A DNA stretch of 64,000 nucleotides from an uncultured Gemmatimonadales bacterium (GTDB lineage Bacteria > Gemmatimonadota > Gemmatimonadetes > Gemmatimonadales > GWC2-71-9). The translations under genes were made by a program, and so were the position numbers. The stretch lies in assembly GCA_963697435.1 (NCBI GenBank), contig CAVOOB010000001.1, forward strand, positions 142,276 through 206,275, in the 5' to 3' direction. Shown piece by piece: positions 36,721 through 47,156 of this stretch; position 1 is the stretch's first letter, and each line of letters starts with the position of its first letter. The notes beneath the pieces are model-generated. The model ran no database searches. It was not told the origin of the DNA and was given only the letters and a program-made list of their open reading frames with translations.

Positions 36721-38347
36721 ATGATGTCTCGCACCGTTCGCTCCCGCTCCCTCGCCGCCATCCTCGGCACGCTGGCGATCGTCTTCTTCGCCGGCTGTAC
36801 CGAGACCAACACCGAATACGTCGAGCGGCCGCAGTTCAATCCGCCGCCCGACTCGGTCAATGGCTACATGGGGTACTACAACGCCGCCACCAAGCAGACG
36901 ACCTGCGGCAACTGCCATGTCGGCTATCAGGGCACGTGGGTCGACACCGCGCACGCCGATGCCTACAACACGCTGGACGCCTCCGGGCCATGCCCAGTCG
37001 TTCTGCTACGGCTGCCACACCGTCAGCGATGACCGGCAACACGGCGCCGCGTCGGGCGAACCGGGCGGGTGGAACGTGGTGCACGAGCCCGGCCTACCAC
37101 GACGTGCAGTGCGAGAGCTGCCACGGCCCGGGCTACGACCACGTGTCGAACCCGAACGATGACAACCATCCGCTGGCACGTGCCGGCCTGAACGACACCG
37201 CCACGAGCTGCGGCGGCTGTCACAGCGGTCGAACACCACCCGTTCGCGGAGCAGTGGTCGCAGACCGGCCACGCCGATTCCGCGGCCAATGCGTACCCGG
37301 CCGGAGGCGGCACGGGGTGCGGCGCGACTTGTCACGAGGGCCGGACCGCGCTCGCCAAGTTCAACGGCGGGAAGCCGAGCACCTATATGGAACTCGACTC
37401 GATCGGCCAGATGACCACCCTGCCGCCGGCCACCTGCGCCGTCTGCCACGATCCGCACGGCAGCCCCTACCAGGGGCAGCTCCGCGCGCCGATCGACGTG
37501 CCTGACGTCACCGCCAACCTCTGCATGAATTGCCACAACCGGGGCACCTCCGCCGAGCGGCAACTTCTCCAATTCGACCGCGACCAGCACCAAGCGCGGC
37601 GCGCACGCCTCGCAGGGCCCGATCGTGCTCGGCCAGGGCGCCGGGTACATTCCGCCGCTACTTCGTCTACGACACCAACCGGGCGTACACCTCGCACGCC
37701 TCGCTCAACGAACCCGCGGCTCTGCGCCGGCTGCCATGTCAAGCTACCGTGAGCGATCCCATGACCGACGGCGTTCATCTTCCAGTCCGTGGGGCATCTC
37801 TTCTCGCCCGAACCCCTGCCTCGACGCGGTCACGGGCGAGCCGATCGACCGACAACAGCTGTGCTTACCTGCCAAGCAGCACGCGCAATGGACCGGCTGC
37901 CTGACCGCCGGCTGCCACGCCAGCGCCGATGTGGCGGCCTCGGCCCTGGTCAATCAGCGGTCGCTGATCGCCAGCCTGGCCGACCAGCTCTGGAACGACC
38001 TGAACCCCACGCTCAACAGCGGCGGCGAGCCGTACATGGACGCGGCCGACGCCGGCGACCTGGTCTACCTGCTCTTCACCGCCGGCAACCCGACGGTGAA
38101 TGGCGTCCAGGCCTTCGACCCGGACGACAACACCGTGTCGCCGGCCGGAGGGCGCCCTATTCAACGTCCGATGATGCTGGCCGAGGACCTCTACGACCAC
38201 AACGACGGGTCCTACGGCGTCCACAACCCGTTCTACTACGAGGCGCTGCTCGCGGCCAGCATCGCGGAGGTCAACGAGGTGTACAGATACTTTCCTCCCG
38301 CTCCACCGAGCCCGCCAGTCAAGGCGTCTCGATGGACAAGGCGCTGA
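36721..38347 (+). pseudogene. Multihaem cytochrome c lipoprotein (about 9 haem motifs), multiple frameshifts
   Basis: Start MMSRTVRSRSLAAILGTLAIVFFAGC. Haem motifs are spread over 3 frames: CGNCH, CYGCH, CESCH, CGGCH, CGATCH, CAVCH, CMNCH, CAGCH, CLTAGCH. Confidence 0.7.
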
Positions 38348-38713
38348 GCCGCCCGGCGGGCTCCAGCGTTCCAGCACCCAGATTGCTGGGCTCGAAATCA
38401 GGTCGGCCGGCCAGCATCGTTGATCCGGCGCAAGCTGTCCCATCGTGCCGTCGACCTGAGCCAGTGCTCCGGATCGGCGGCACGATTCGCATGAGCTCGC
38501 GCTGGCGTTCCCGTCCTGTTCCTGCGTAGGATTGAGTTCCCCCTACTGAGCGAATGCCTGTGATCCCCTCGACATCGCTGCCTCTCCCTCCTGCAGGTCG
38601 TCCAGGATTCGGCGGCCTTCCATCGGTTCCAGGAGGGGGTACCCCCGCAGCCCCCACCGCTCCCCGGCGGCATCACCACGGTACTGCGGGCCATCTTCAA
38701 TGCCCCGCTCTGG

Positions 38714-40549
38714 ATGTGGCTGGCGGGCATCGCCGTTGGCCTCACCGTCGCGGGATCCTGGGCGCCGGTCTGGACGAATCGAGCGGCAATCTGGAAGTGG
38801 CTCGACCAGCGATCGCGGGGCCAAGCTGGCGCTGGGCTCCACCGGGGGACTGATCCTGGCCATGGTGACAGGGATGTGGGCTACAAGGTCAATCACTATA
38901 TGGAGCACGACAACGACTTCTGCGTGGTTGCCATGTCTTCATCCCCTACGGCCAGCCGTTCGTCCGCCCGGACACCGGCACCTACCTCATCGTCAACCAG
39001 CTCGAGGGAAAGCACGACACCCTCGAGTGCCATGACTGCCACCTGCCGGACAAGATCGGCCCAAGCCCAGGAGCTGATCCTGTGGATGGTCGATCGGCCC
39101 GACAAGGTGCCCGAGCACGCCAAGGTCCCCCCCACGGTCTGCAAGAGCTGTCACGAGTCCGGGGAGGCCAAGGAGAGCTGGCAGGAAATCGTCACCACGG
39201 CTGGGCATCGCGTTCACTTCGAGTCCGATTCGCTCGAGGCCGAAGAGGTCGAGTGCCTCACCTGCCACGCCCGATCGGCCCATCGATTCGAACCGGTGGA
39301 TTCGACCTGTTCCCAGCAGGGATGTCACCTGACCGATGACGTGACCATCAAACTCGGCAAGATGACGGACGCCGTGGGGCTGCATTGCGCCGTTTGCCAC
39401 GAATTCACCGCCGACGTGCCCAAACTGGCCACCTTCGACTCGGCGAGCGGCACCCTGGTGCCGGGCGATGGCCAGTGCTTCAGCTGTCACGAGATGCAGG
39501 AGCGGCTCAAGGACTTCGACCCGAGGCGCGACCCGCACGACGGGAAGTGCGGGATGTGCCACAACCCGCACACCAACGTCGAGCCGGACGGACGCCCGGA
39601 GAGCCTGCGCGACGGCCGGCATGCCACGGCGACTGGCGAGCAGGTCGAGTTCCACACCGGCCAGATGCACCGGGAGGGCGATCGAGAATTGCGAAACCTG
39701 CCACCAGCCGCACGCCGCGCGCGTGGACGCCAGTGCCTGCGCCGGCTGCCACGAACGGGTGCGCGGATCGGTCACCGGAAGGGCGGCTCCGAAAGCCTCC
39801 ACTGCCCTTCGACACCACCAAGGCGCTCCGCTCGCGTTCGGCGCGGCCAGACCCGATCGGCCCTCATGGAAAGGGCGACGCGCCGCCGGATGAGGACCCT
39901 CCGGCGGCGTTGGTCTCTCAGGCCCCGGCGGACAGCTTCGAGCATGCCGCAGCACAAGGACCTGGCGTGCCTCACCTGCCACGCGACATCCTCGGCCACG
40001 TCGACGCTGAACTTTGCCGCGCCCGCGCGGCTGCCAGCTCTGCCACCACTCGACCGCCGCCCGAGCGCGACTGCGCCGCCTGCCACAAGCCCCCGCCGAC
40101 TGGTCGCCGAGACCGACCGCGTCACCGTGACGGTGCCCGGAGCACGCCCCTCGCCCTCGGGATGTGAGCTTCGAGCATGCCCGCACACGGAGCTAGCCTG
40201 CAAGGAATGCCACACGACCCCGGTGTCGCTGGCTGCCCGCCGCCGAGGTCAAGGGCTGCGTCTCCTGCCACGAGCAGCACCACACGGAGGCGAGAGATTG
40301 TGCCGCCTGCCACGCCGGCGGGGACATCGAGGCGCCGCACACACCGCCCGGCCATGGCCCATGAGGGGTGCGATGCCTGCCACACACCGGCGCGGATCGC
40401 CCAGCTGACACCATCCCGACCGTTCTGCCTGACCTGCCACCAGCCGCAGGCGGCCGATCACTACGCGGCACCAGGAGTGCACCCCCTGCCACCTCGATGC
40501 CACGCCCGCTGAATGGCGCTCCCGACTGGCGGGCAGGAGGGGTGCGTGA
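38714..40549 (+). pseudogene. Membrane-anchored NapC/NrfH-like large multihaem cytochrome c (about 19 haem motifs), multiple frameshifts
   Basis: TM segments WLAGIAVGLTVAGSWAPVW and LALGSTGGLILAMVTGMWA lie in different frames. FCV-GCH is disrupted by a 1-nt loss. Other motifs: ECHDCH, CKSCH, CLTCH, CSQQGCH, CAVCH, CFSCH, CGMCH, CETCH, CAGCH, CLTCH, CQLCH, CAACH, CKECH, CVSCH, CAACH, CDACH, CLTCH, CTPCH. The true start is uncertain. Confidence 0.65.
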
Positions 40550-42043
40550 CTCTGCGAGACGGTTGCCGCCGCGGCATTGCTCGTGGTCCTCATGCCGGGA
40601 ATCGCCGCGGCACAGGGCTACAACCTCCGGCTCACCGGCGGGCATCCAGAGCGTGAGCTTCCGCGGCTACACCGCCGACAGCATCCCGGTGGATAGCGTG
40701 GTAGCGACCAGCAACGGAAGCCTCGAGACGCCCACCGGCTATGCCGTGTCGTGCACCTCCGGCGCGCCCTACTGCAATTACTGGGTGCCTGGCCCGATCA
40801 ATGCCACCACACCGGCCGTGGCACAGGCCGCCCTGACGATGTGGGGCTTGGGGCTTCCGGGCCTGCGGGTGCAGGTGAATGGATATGCTGCCACCGACTT
40901 CAACGCGCGGGCGTCCTGGCCCGGCACGTCACCGAACTTCCAGCTCATCGAGGGCTACGCCGAGTACGCCGCCCCGTCCTGGACGCTGTTGGCGGGCCGG
41001 AAGGTCATCTCCGGCCGCCTCGGGAGCCTACGGGTTCGACGGCGGCCAACTGACGGGGCGCCTCGCGAGTGCCGGGTTGGCACTCTCCGGGTACGCAGGG
41101 ATCGGCCTGGCCCAGGGCTCGAACCTCTACATCACATCGAGCGACGTGAACCCCCAGGCCGACTACCTGCCCGCGCAGAGTCCGATTGTGGCGGGATTGA
41201 TCGGCACCTGGAATTCTCTCGCATGCCGAACTCAGCGCCGAGTACAGGCGAACAGTGGACCAGACGACCGACTACTTCGGGTCGGAACGTGTGGCGGCCT
41301 CGGCGACGCTGCGTCCATATGGTCATTGGAGCCTGGTGGGTGGCGCCATCTATGACATGGCGAGTGGGCTTTGGGGCAGCGCCGACGCCGCCGCTGCGCT
41401 TCGCCGCGCCGAAGGTCGGTGTCGTGGCCGGCTACAAACGGTACGCCCCCTTCTACGAGCTCTGGACCGTCTGGGGCGCGTTCAGTCCGGTGCCCTACAA
41501 CGCCATCTACGGCTCGGTCTCGTTCCAGGCCACCAAGCGCCTTCAGCTCCGCGTCCGCGGAGAGACGTACAAGTTCGAGGACACAGACACGGAGCACACC
41601 GCTGGTGTCCATTGGCAGACTCCGGATGGCGATATTCGCTTGGCGGGACCTACCAGATCTCGAACGCCTGGCAGGCCCAGCTCGGTTATGAAAACGAGTT
41701 CGGGACAGGCGCCAGTTCCAGTGGCTGGGACGGCAGCGTCACCTTCGCACCCAATGGCCAGTATTCGATCATGGTGTACGCCAATTCACTGTCACGTCCG
41801 CTCGAGTACCGCTGGGACCAATCGGTGGTCCTGATCTACGGGATGCAGGCCTCGGTCGTGGCGCGGGACAACCTCAGCGTGGCCTTCACGGTGGCACGCT
41901 ATGACGAGAATCGTGAACGTCCCGACGCCGCGTCGTTCGAGTGGGACCAGCTGCGCTTCGGGGCCAAGGTCGTGATGACCTTCAGTTCGGCAGACAGGAT
42001 GCCGCTCCCCAAGGCCATCACCAATCGACCGGCGGGGTACTGA
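40542..42043 (+). pseudogene. Putative outer-membrane beta-barrel protein (~500 aa), multiple frameshifts
   Basis: Signal reconstructed across frames: MRDSARR / VAAAALLVVLMPGIAAAQG. Amphipathic strand patterns include YSLGGTYQISNAWQAQLGYENEF, GQYSIMVYANSLS, VVLIYGMQASVVARDNLSVAFTVARY and LRFGAKVVMTF. No haem motifs. Confidence 0.55.
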
Positions 42044-42044
42044 G

Positions 42045-43492
42045 ATGCGACGTGTGCTCCCGCTCCTGACACTCAGCCTGGTGATCCTGACGGCTTCCGT
42101 TTCGGCACAGGACACCGATCGATTCGACCATCCCGAGCATGCGAAGGTCTTCCCGAGCTGCACCGCGTGTCATGCGGGCGCCGTGGATCCTGCGGCGCCG
42201 CTCCTCCCCTCGGGGAAGGGCTGCGTGAATTGCCATGACGGCACGATCGAACGCCGGGTCGAACTGGAAGGCGCCCCCGACGACCGGCACCAACCTCCGG
42301 TTCACGCACGCGGAGCATGGGAAAGAGGTGATCGTGAAGGTGGGCCGGGATTCGACGGTGAATTGCTCCGCCTGTCACATTCCCGACGGTCGCGTCGTGG
42401 ATGACGGTCGAGCCGGCGGTGCTGCCGCAGTGCTTCACGTGCCACGGCATCACGGCGGAGCATCTGTGCCGCCCCGGATACCGCCTGCGCCACCTGCCAC
42501 TACTCCCTTGCGCAAGCCACGGCACTCACCGCAGCCGACAGGTCGAGGCGTTCCCGACGCCTCCGTCGCATGACGCCGTCGGGTTCATGGGACCGGATGG
42601 CCACGGGGTCCAGGCCGAGGCCGGCACCGGGCCGAAGACCTACCGGGTCGCACCGAGTTGCGCCACGTGTCATGCGCAGAATTTCTGCATCACCTGCCAT
42701 GTGAACGCGCCGGAGACGCCTACCGATCCAGGCGCTCGCTCAGGACCCCCGGTCACTGGCCATTCCGGTGAAGCTCGAGGAACCGGCCACGCATCAGCAG
42801 GACAACTTCGTCCTGACGACATGGAAAGGACGCGCAAGAAGAACGCCGTGCCTGCCAGACCTGCCACACGCAGGAGAGTTGCTCGCCTGCCATGTCACGC
42901 CCGCCGCGGCCGGTGGCGACGCTGTACGCCAGCGGGCCCGGACGCGGCGAGGGCGCCCAGGTCGAGCGAAGCCGCCCGCCCAGCCACATGGCGGATTTCA
43001 GCACCATCCACGCACCGGTCGCCAGCAGCAATCCGCAGTCGTGCGAGGGCTGCCACGCGCGGCCGCAGTGCCTCGATTGTCATCGCGGGACGCCGGAGCG
43101 AACGCCGCAGTACCACCCGCAGACATTCCTGGAGCGGCACCCCGCGGCGGCGTATTCGCGCGAGACGAACTGCAGCGACTGCCATAATCCGGGCGCATTC
43201 TGCCAGACCTGCCATATGCAGTCCGGAATCGGCAGCCCCGACGCGGCCGTTGCAGGCGGGGTACCACGACGTCTTCCCGGGCTTTCTCCTGAACCATGGC
43301 CAGGCCGCCCGCCAGAGCCTCGAGAGTTGCACCTCGTGTCACGTGGAGAAGGACTGCCTGACCTGCCACTCGGCGCTCTACGGTCGCGGATTCAATCCGC
43401 ACGGCCCCGGGTTCAATGCGGACAAACTCCGCTCGAAGAACCCGCAGATGTGCACGGCCTGTCACGGATTGAATGTGCCGGGCGGAAACTGA
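42045..43492 (+). pseudogene. Periplasmic multihaem cytochrome c (c3/c7-like, about 16 haem motifs), multiple frameshifts
   Basis: Signal MRRVLPLLTLSLVILTASVSAQ. Motifs: FDHPEHAKVFPSCTACH, CVNCH, FTHAEH...CSACH, CFTCH, CATCH x2, CITCH, CQTCH, CLACH, CEGCH, CLDCH, CSDCH, CQTCH, CTSCH, CLTCH, CTACH. Confidence 0.7.
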
Positions 43493-43538
43493 ATCTGAGG
43501 GGCAGACCGGCGGGGAGGCAGGGACGCAGGAATTCCGA

Positions 43539-43568
43539 ACGGCCCCGGGTGAAAGCATCCGGGGCCGT
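43539..43568. terminator. Bidirectional hairpin between convergent genes
   Basis: acggccccgg (43539..43548) pairs with ccggggccgt (43559..43568): a perfect 10-bp stem with a 10-nt loop. Confidence 0.55.
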
Positions 43569-43585
43569 CTCTCCGCCAGGGTGAG

Positions 43586-44038
43586 CTACTTGATCAGGAT
43601 CTTGTTCGTGACCGCCGAGGGAACCTTCGGCAGGTGAACCAGCAAAACCCCGTTCTGGTAGGTCGCATTGATCTTCTCGGCCGCGACCGCTGCGGGAAGC
43701 CGGATCATCCGGCGGAATTCGCCCCATTCCCGCTCGGCCAGCAGGTACTGCTCGGTCGGCTCGGCGGCAGGGAGATCACGGCGGCCAATCACGGTCAGCA
43801 GCGTGCCGACGAGATTGATGTCAAGATTCTCCCGGTGGGCGCCGGGAATATCCAGGCGCACGATAAACTCCGCTTCGGTCTCGAGCAGATCGAAGGGGGG
43901 GAGCCACGCAACTGGTTCGGCGTTCTGGGCCCGCCGCAGGGCGTCGGAGGCGAAGCTGGTGTGGAAGAGTCGATCGAACACCTGATCGATGTCGTTCCGC
44001 ACCTTGGCCATGACGGGTGCTGCCTTCACGATTCTCAT
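43586..44038 (-). CDS. Hsp20/alpha-crystallin small heat-shock protein
   Basis: PPFDLLETEAEFIVRLDIPG...NGVLLVHLPK pattern. Start taken at MRIVKAAP. Confidence 0.85.
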   Translation of the reverse strand: MRIVKAAPVMAKVRNDIDQVFDRLFHTSFASDALRRAQNAEPVAWLPPFDLLETEAEFIVRLDIPGAHRENLDINLVGTLLTVIGRRDLPAAEPTEQYLLAEREWGEFRRMIRLPAAVAAEKINATYQNGVLLVHLPKVPSAVTNKILIK

Positions 44039-44113
44039 GATTCCTCCTGATAGAGACCGTGCCACCACCATACCACATGGCCGTTGAAGCCGATGTGAAG
44101 CGGGGTTGAAACG

Positions 44114-45025
44114 ATGGCCACGAAATTCGCGCAGGGGTTCTGGCGACTCGCCGACCCGAAGATCTCGCTGGCATCCGCGGCCGGAATACTGCTGGGAGCG
44201 TCCTCCGCCGCCGCTGCCGGACCAATCGCGGTCGGCTGGCTCCTGCTGACGGTGCTCGGCGTGTTCGCCGTAGAGGTGGCAAAGAACGCATCTGGCGAGG
44301 TGTTTGACTGGGATTCCGGCACGGACCTGAGGGTCCGGGAAGTGGATCGAAGCCCGTTCTCAGGGGGCAAGCGCGTCCTTGTCGATGCACTGCTGACCCG
44401 CGGGCAGACCTGGGGGATTGCCATCGGAGGGTATCTCGTGGCGGCGGTCGTGGGACTGATCATCGTGGGATGCCGAGAGGGACGCGTCCTCTGGATCGGG
44501 CTTGCGGGGATGGCCCTGGCGTTCTTCTACCACGCCCCGCCGCTCCGGCTGGCGTACCGCGGCCTGGGAGAACTGGCGGTGGCCGTCAGCTACGGGCCGC
44601 TCGTGTGCGTTGGGACCTACCTGGTGCAGCGTGGCACAATACCGACCGCGATTGTCCTCCTTTCCCTGCCCCTTGGCATCCTGGTGGCCGCCTTTCTCTG
44701 GATCAATGAGTTCCCCGACTACGCCGCGGATGCACGCTCCGGCAAACACACACTCGTGGTGCGCCTGGGCCGGCGCGGCGCCGCGCCGGGGTTCGCGTGG
44801 CTTGGCATGGCAGCCGCGGTGATCCTGGTCTCGCTACCCGCCGCAGGGTTGCCAACGACCGTGTGGTTCGGCGGCATCGCCCTCCTCCGCTACGTGCCCG
44901 CCGCCAAGGCGCTGTTGACTTCCCCGGAAGAGACCGCGGCCATCGTCCCGGCCCAGGCGATGGCGCTGCAATCGTTCCTGCTCTACGCCCTCGGCGCCTC
45001 CGTCGGAATACTCATCGGCAGGTGA
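44114..45025 (+). CDS. UbiA-family prenyltransferase (MenA-like)
   Basis: 303-aa polytopic protein. First Asp-rich motif NASGEVFDWDSG. Second motif NEFPDYAADARSGKHTLVVRLG. Confidence 0.8.
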   Translation: MATKFAQGFWRLADPKISLASAAGILLGASSAAAAGPIAVGWLLLTVLGVFAVEVAKNASGEVFDWDSGTDLRVREVDRSPFSGGKRVLVDALLTRGQTWGIAIGGYLVAAVVGLIIVGCREGRVLWIGLAGMALAFFYHAPPLRLAYRGLGELAVAVSYGPLVCVGTYLVQRGTIPTAIVLLSLPLGILVAAFLWINEFPDYAADARSGKHTLVVRLGRRGAAPGFAWLGMAAAVILVSLPAAGLPTTVWFGGIALLRYVPAAKALLTSPEETAAIVPAQAMALQSFLLYALGASVGILIGR

Positions 45026-45126
45026 ACTTTTCGCGCGGTGTCGAGCAAGAAAGTTTCGCCTACCGTTCACCATCGTTTCACCACCCTGGTCCTATCTTGA
45101 GCCTGTACCATCCACCAGGGGGCGTT

Positions 45127-45567
45127 ATGAAAGTCGCCAAGTTCAACCCGATCCTCGGCAACGTGGAGAAGATCGATCGGCTTTTTGATCCCTTCCTCAC
45201 GGGGCCGCTCTTCCCCGAACTCGCGACCAGGGGATTCGAAGGCACCTGGGTGCCGACACTGGATCTTGCCGAGAACGACAAGGCGTTCATGATCCGGCTC
45301 GAAGCACCGGGCATGCCGAAGGAGAATCTGGACGTGAAACTGACCGGTGAAGTGCTGACCATCACCGGCCATCGCGAGGCCGCCAAGGAAATTCCCGGTG
45401 AGAATTTCCTGTACAGAGAGCGGGAAACCGGCAAGTTTGTCCGGACGATCCGCCTGCCGGCCACCGTGAAGGAGGGGAAGATCGAGGCGCATTACACCGA
45501 CGGCGTGCTGAATGTGACGCTGCCGAAGGCCGCACCGGAAGTGCGGAGCAAGATCACCATCAAGTAG
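45127..45567 (+). CDS. Hsp20/alpha-crystallin small heat-shock protein
   Basis: MKVAKFNP...WVPTLDLAENDKAFMIRLEAPG...DGVLNVTLPK; 146 aa. Confidence 0.88.
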   Translation: MKVAKFNPILGNVEKIDRLFDPFLTGPLFPELATRGFEGTWVPTLDLAENDKAFMIRLEAPGMPKENLDVKLTGEVLTITGHREAAKEIPGENFLYRERETGKFVRTIRLPATVKEGKIEAHYTDGVLNVTLPKAAPEVRSKITIK

Positions 45568-45591
45568 GGTGATTGGCGCCTCGATGGACGA

Positions 45592-45620
45592 ACGGCTCCG
45601 GGCGCAGTGCCCGGGGCCGT
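45592..45620. terminator. Bidirectional hairpin between convergent hsp20 and glpK
   Basis: acggctccggg pairs with cccggggccgt: an 11-bp stem with 1 mismatch. The arms are nearly identical to those of the hairpin at 43539. Confidence 0.5.
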
Positions 45621-45629
45621 TCTGCAGTG

Positions 45630-47111
45630 CTACGCCTCGAACCGCGCCCAGGCGAGCGCCGCGTGAACGGCTCGATCCCACCCCGCCCGCCAAGTGTCCC
45701 GCTCGGCTGGCGTGGAGCAGGGTTCGAACCTGGCGAACTGTCTCCCCGCCAGAAACTCGGCTGCATCCCGCCACACACCGAGTGTGATCCCCGCCAGCCC
45801 CGCCGCGCCGAGGGCGGTCGTCTCGAACATGTCGGGCCGCTCGACCGGCGAGCCGAGGACGTCGGCGAGAAACTGCATGAGCCACCCGTTGGCGCTGGCG
45901 CCGCCGTCCACCCGCAGGGCGCCGGGTTCCAGCCCCGCGTCCGCCCGCATCGTCTCGACCAGCTCCGCGCTGCTGAACGCCATCGCCTCGAGGGCGGCCC
46001 GGACCAGGTGCGCCCGGGTCGTGCCCCGGGTCAGCCCCGTCACTGTGCCCCGCGCTTCCGCTTCCCAATGGGGTGATCCCAACCCGACGAAGGCAGGGAC
46101 GAAGTGCACGCCTCCGGTATCGGGGACGCTGCGCGCCAGTGCCTCCGACTCGTCGGCCCGGGCCACGAGGCCGAGGCCGTCGCGGAGCCACTGCACGGCC
46201 GCGCCGGCAATGAAGACGCTCCCTTCCAGCGCGTAGGCCGCCTCTCCGCGGGGACCACAGGCGGCCGTGGCGAGCAGCCCGTGCGCCGAGTGAGGGCGGT
46301 GCTCGCCGGCGTGCATCAACAGGAAGGTCCCGGTGCCGTAGGTGTTCTTGGCGCTGCCGGCGGTGATGCACCCCTGCCCGAAGAGCGCCGCCTGCTGGTC
46401 GCCGGCGATGCCGGCAATCGGCATGGGGAATCCGAAGTGCTCCGCGCGAGACTCTCCGCTGACGGCACCCGAGGACACGATGGTCGGCAGGAGTGGCGGA
46501 GGGACCTTGAAGAGGGTCAGGAGCTCGGGATCCCAGCCCTTCGACTCGAGCCCGTAGAGCATCGTCCGCGAAGCGTTGGTGTGATCGGTGACGTGACTCG
46601 CCCCGCCGGTGAGCCGCACCACGAGCCAGCTGTCCACCGTTCCCGCGGCCAATTCCCCCGATTCGGCCCGCCGTCGAATGTCTTTGTCTGCCAGCATCGA
46701 CTCCAGCTTGGTCGCGGAGAAGTAGGGGTCAGGCACCAGCCCGGTCCGTTCCCGCAGCATCTCCGCGAGGCCGAGCGCGCGGAGTTCGGCGCAGCGCGCG
46801 GCGGTGCGGCGGTCCTGCCAGACGATGGCCCGTCCGAGCGGTTCGAGGGTCTTCCGATCCCACAGCAGGATCGTCTCCCGCTGGTTGGTGATGCCGACAC
46901 CCACGGGGCGATCGCCCGATTGCGCGATCGCCTCCCGGCCGGCCTCCAGCGCGCCCTGCCAGACGTCGTGCGGGTCGTGCTCGACCCACCCCGGCTTGGG
47001 AAAGTGCTGTGGCAGTTCCCGGTACCCGCGGCCCAGCACCGTGCCATCCTGGTGGATGACGAGCGCCGTGGTTCCGGTGGTGCCTGAATCGATGGAGAGA
47101 ATTGAGGGCAT
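45630..47111 (-). CDS. glpK: Glycerol kinase
   Basis: 493 aa. ILSIDSGTTGTTALV...FPKPGWVEHDP..., FGGY-family layout throughout. Confidence 0.95.
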   Translation of the reverse strand: MPSILSIDSGTTGTTALVIHQDGTVLGRGYRELPQHFPKPGWVEHDPHDVWQGALEAGREAIAQSGDRPVGVGITNQRETILLWDRKTLEPLGRAIVWQDRRTAARCAELRALGLAEMLRERTGLVPDPYFSATKLESMLADKDIRRRAESGELAAGTVDSWLVVRLTGGASHVTDHTNASRTMLYGLESKGWDPELLTLFKVPPPLLPTIVSSGAVSGESRAEHFGFPMPIAGIAGDQQAALFGQGCITAGSAKNTYGTGTFLLMHAGEHRPHSAHGLLATAACGPRGEAAYALEGSVFIAGAAVQWLRDGLGLVARADESEALARSVPDTGGVHFVPAFVGLGSPHWEAEARGTVTGLTRGTTRAHLVRAALEAMAFSSAELVETMRADAGLEPGALRVDGGASANGWLMQFLADVLGSPVERPDMFETTALGAAGLAGITLGVWRDAAEFLAGRQFARFEPCSTPAERDTWRAGWDRAVHAALAWARFEA

Positions 47112-47156
47112 GAGAGTAGGCGGGGAGGCGGGGAGGCGGGGACGCGGCGCAGCGCC

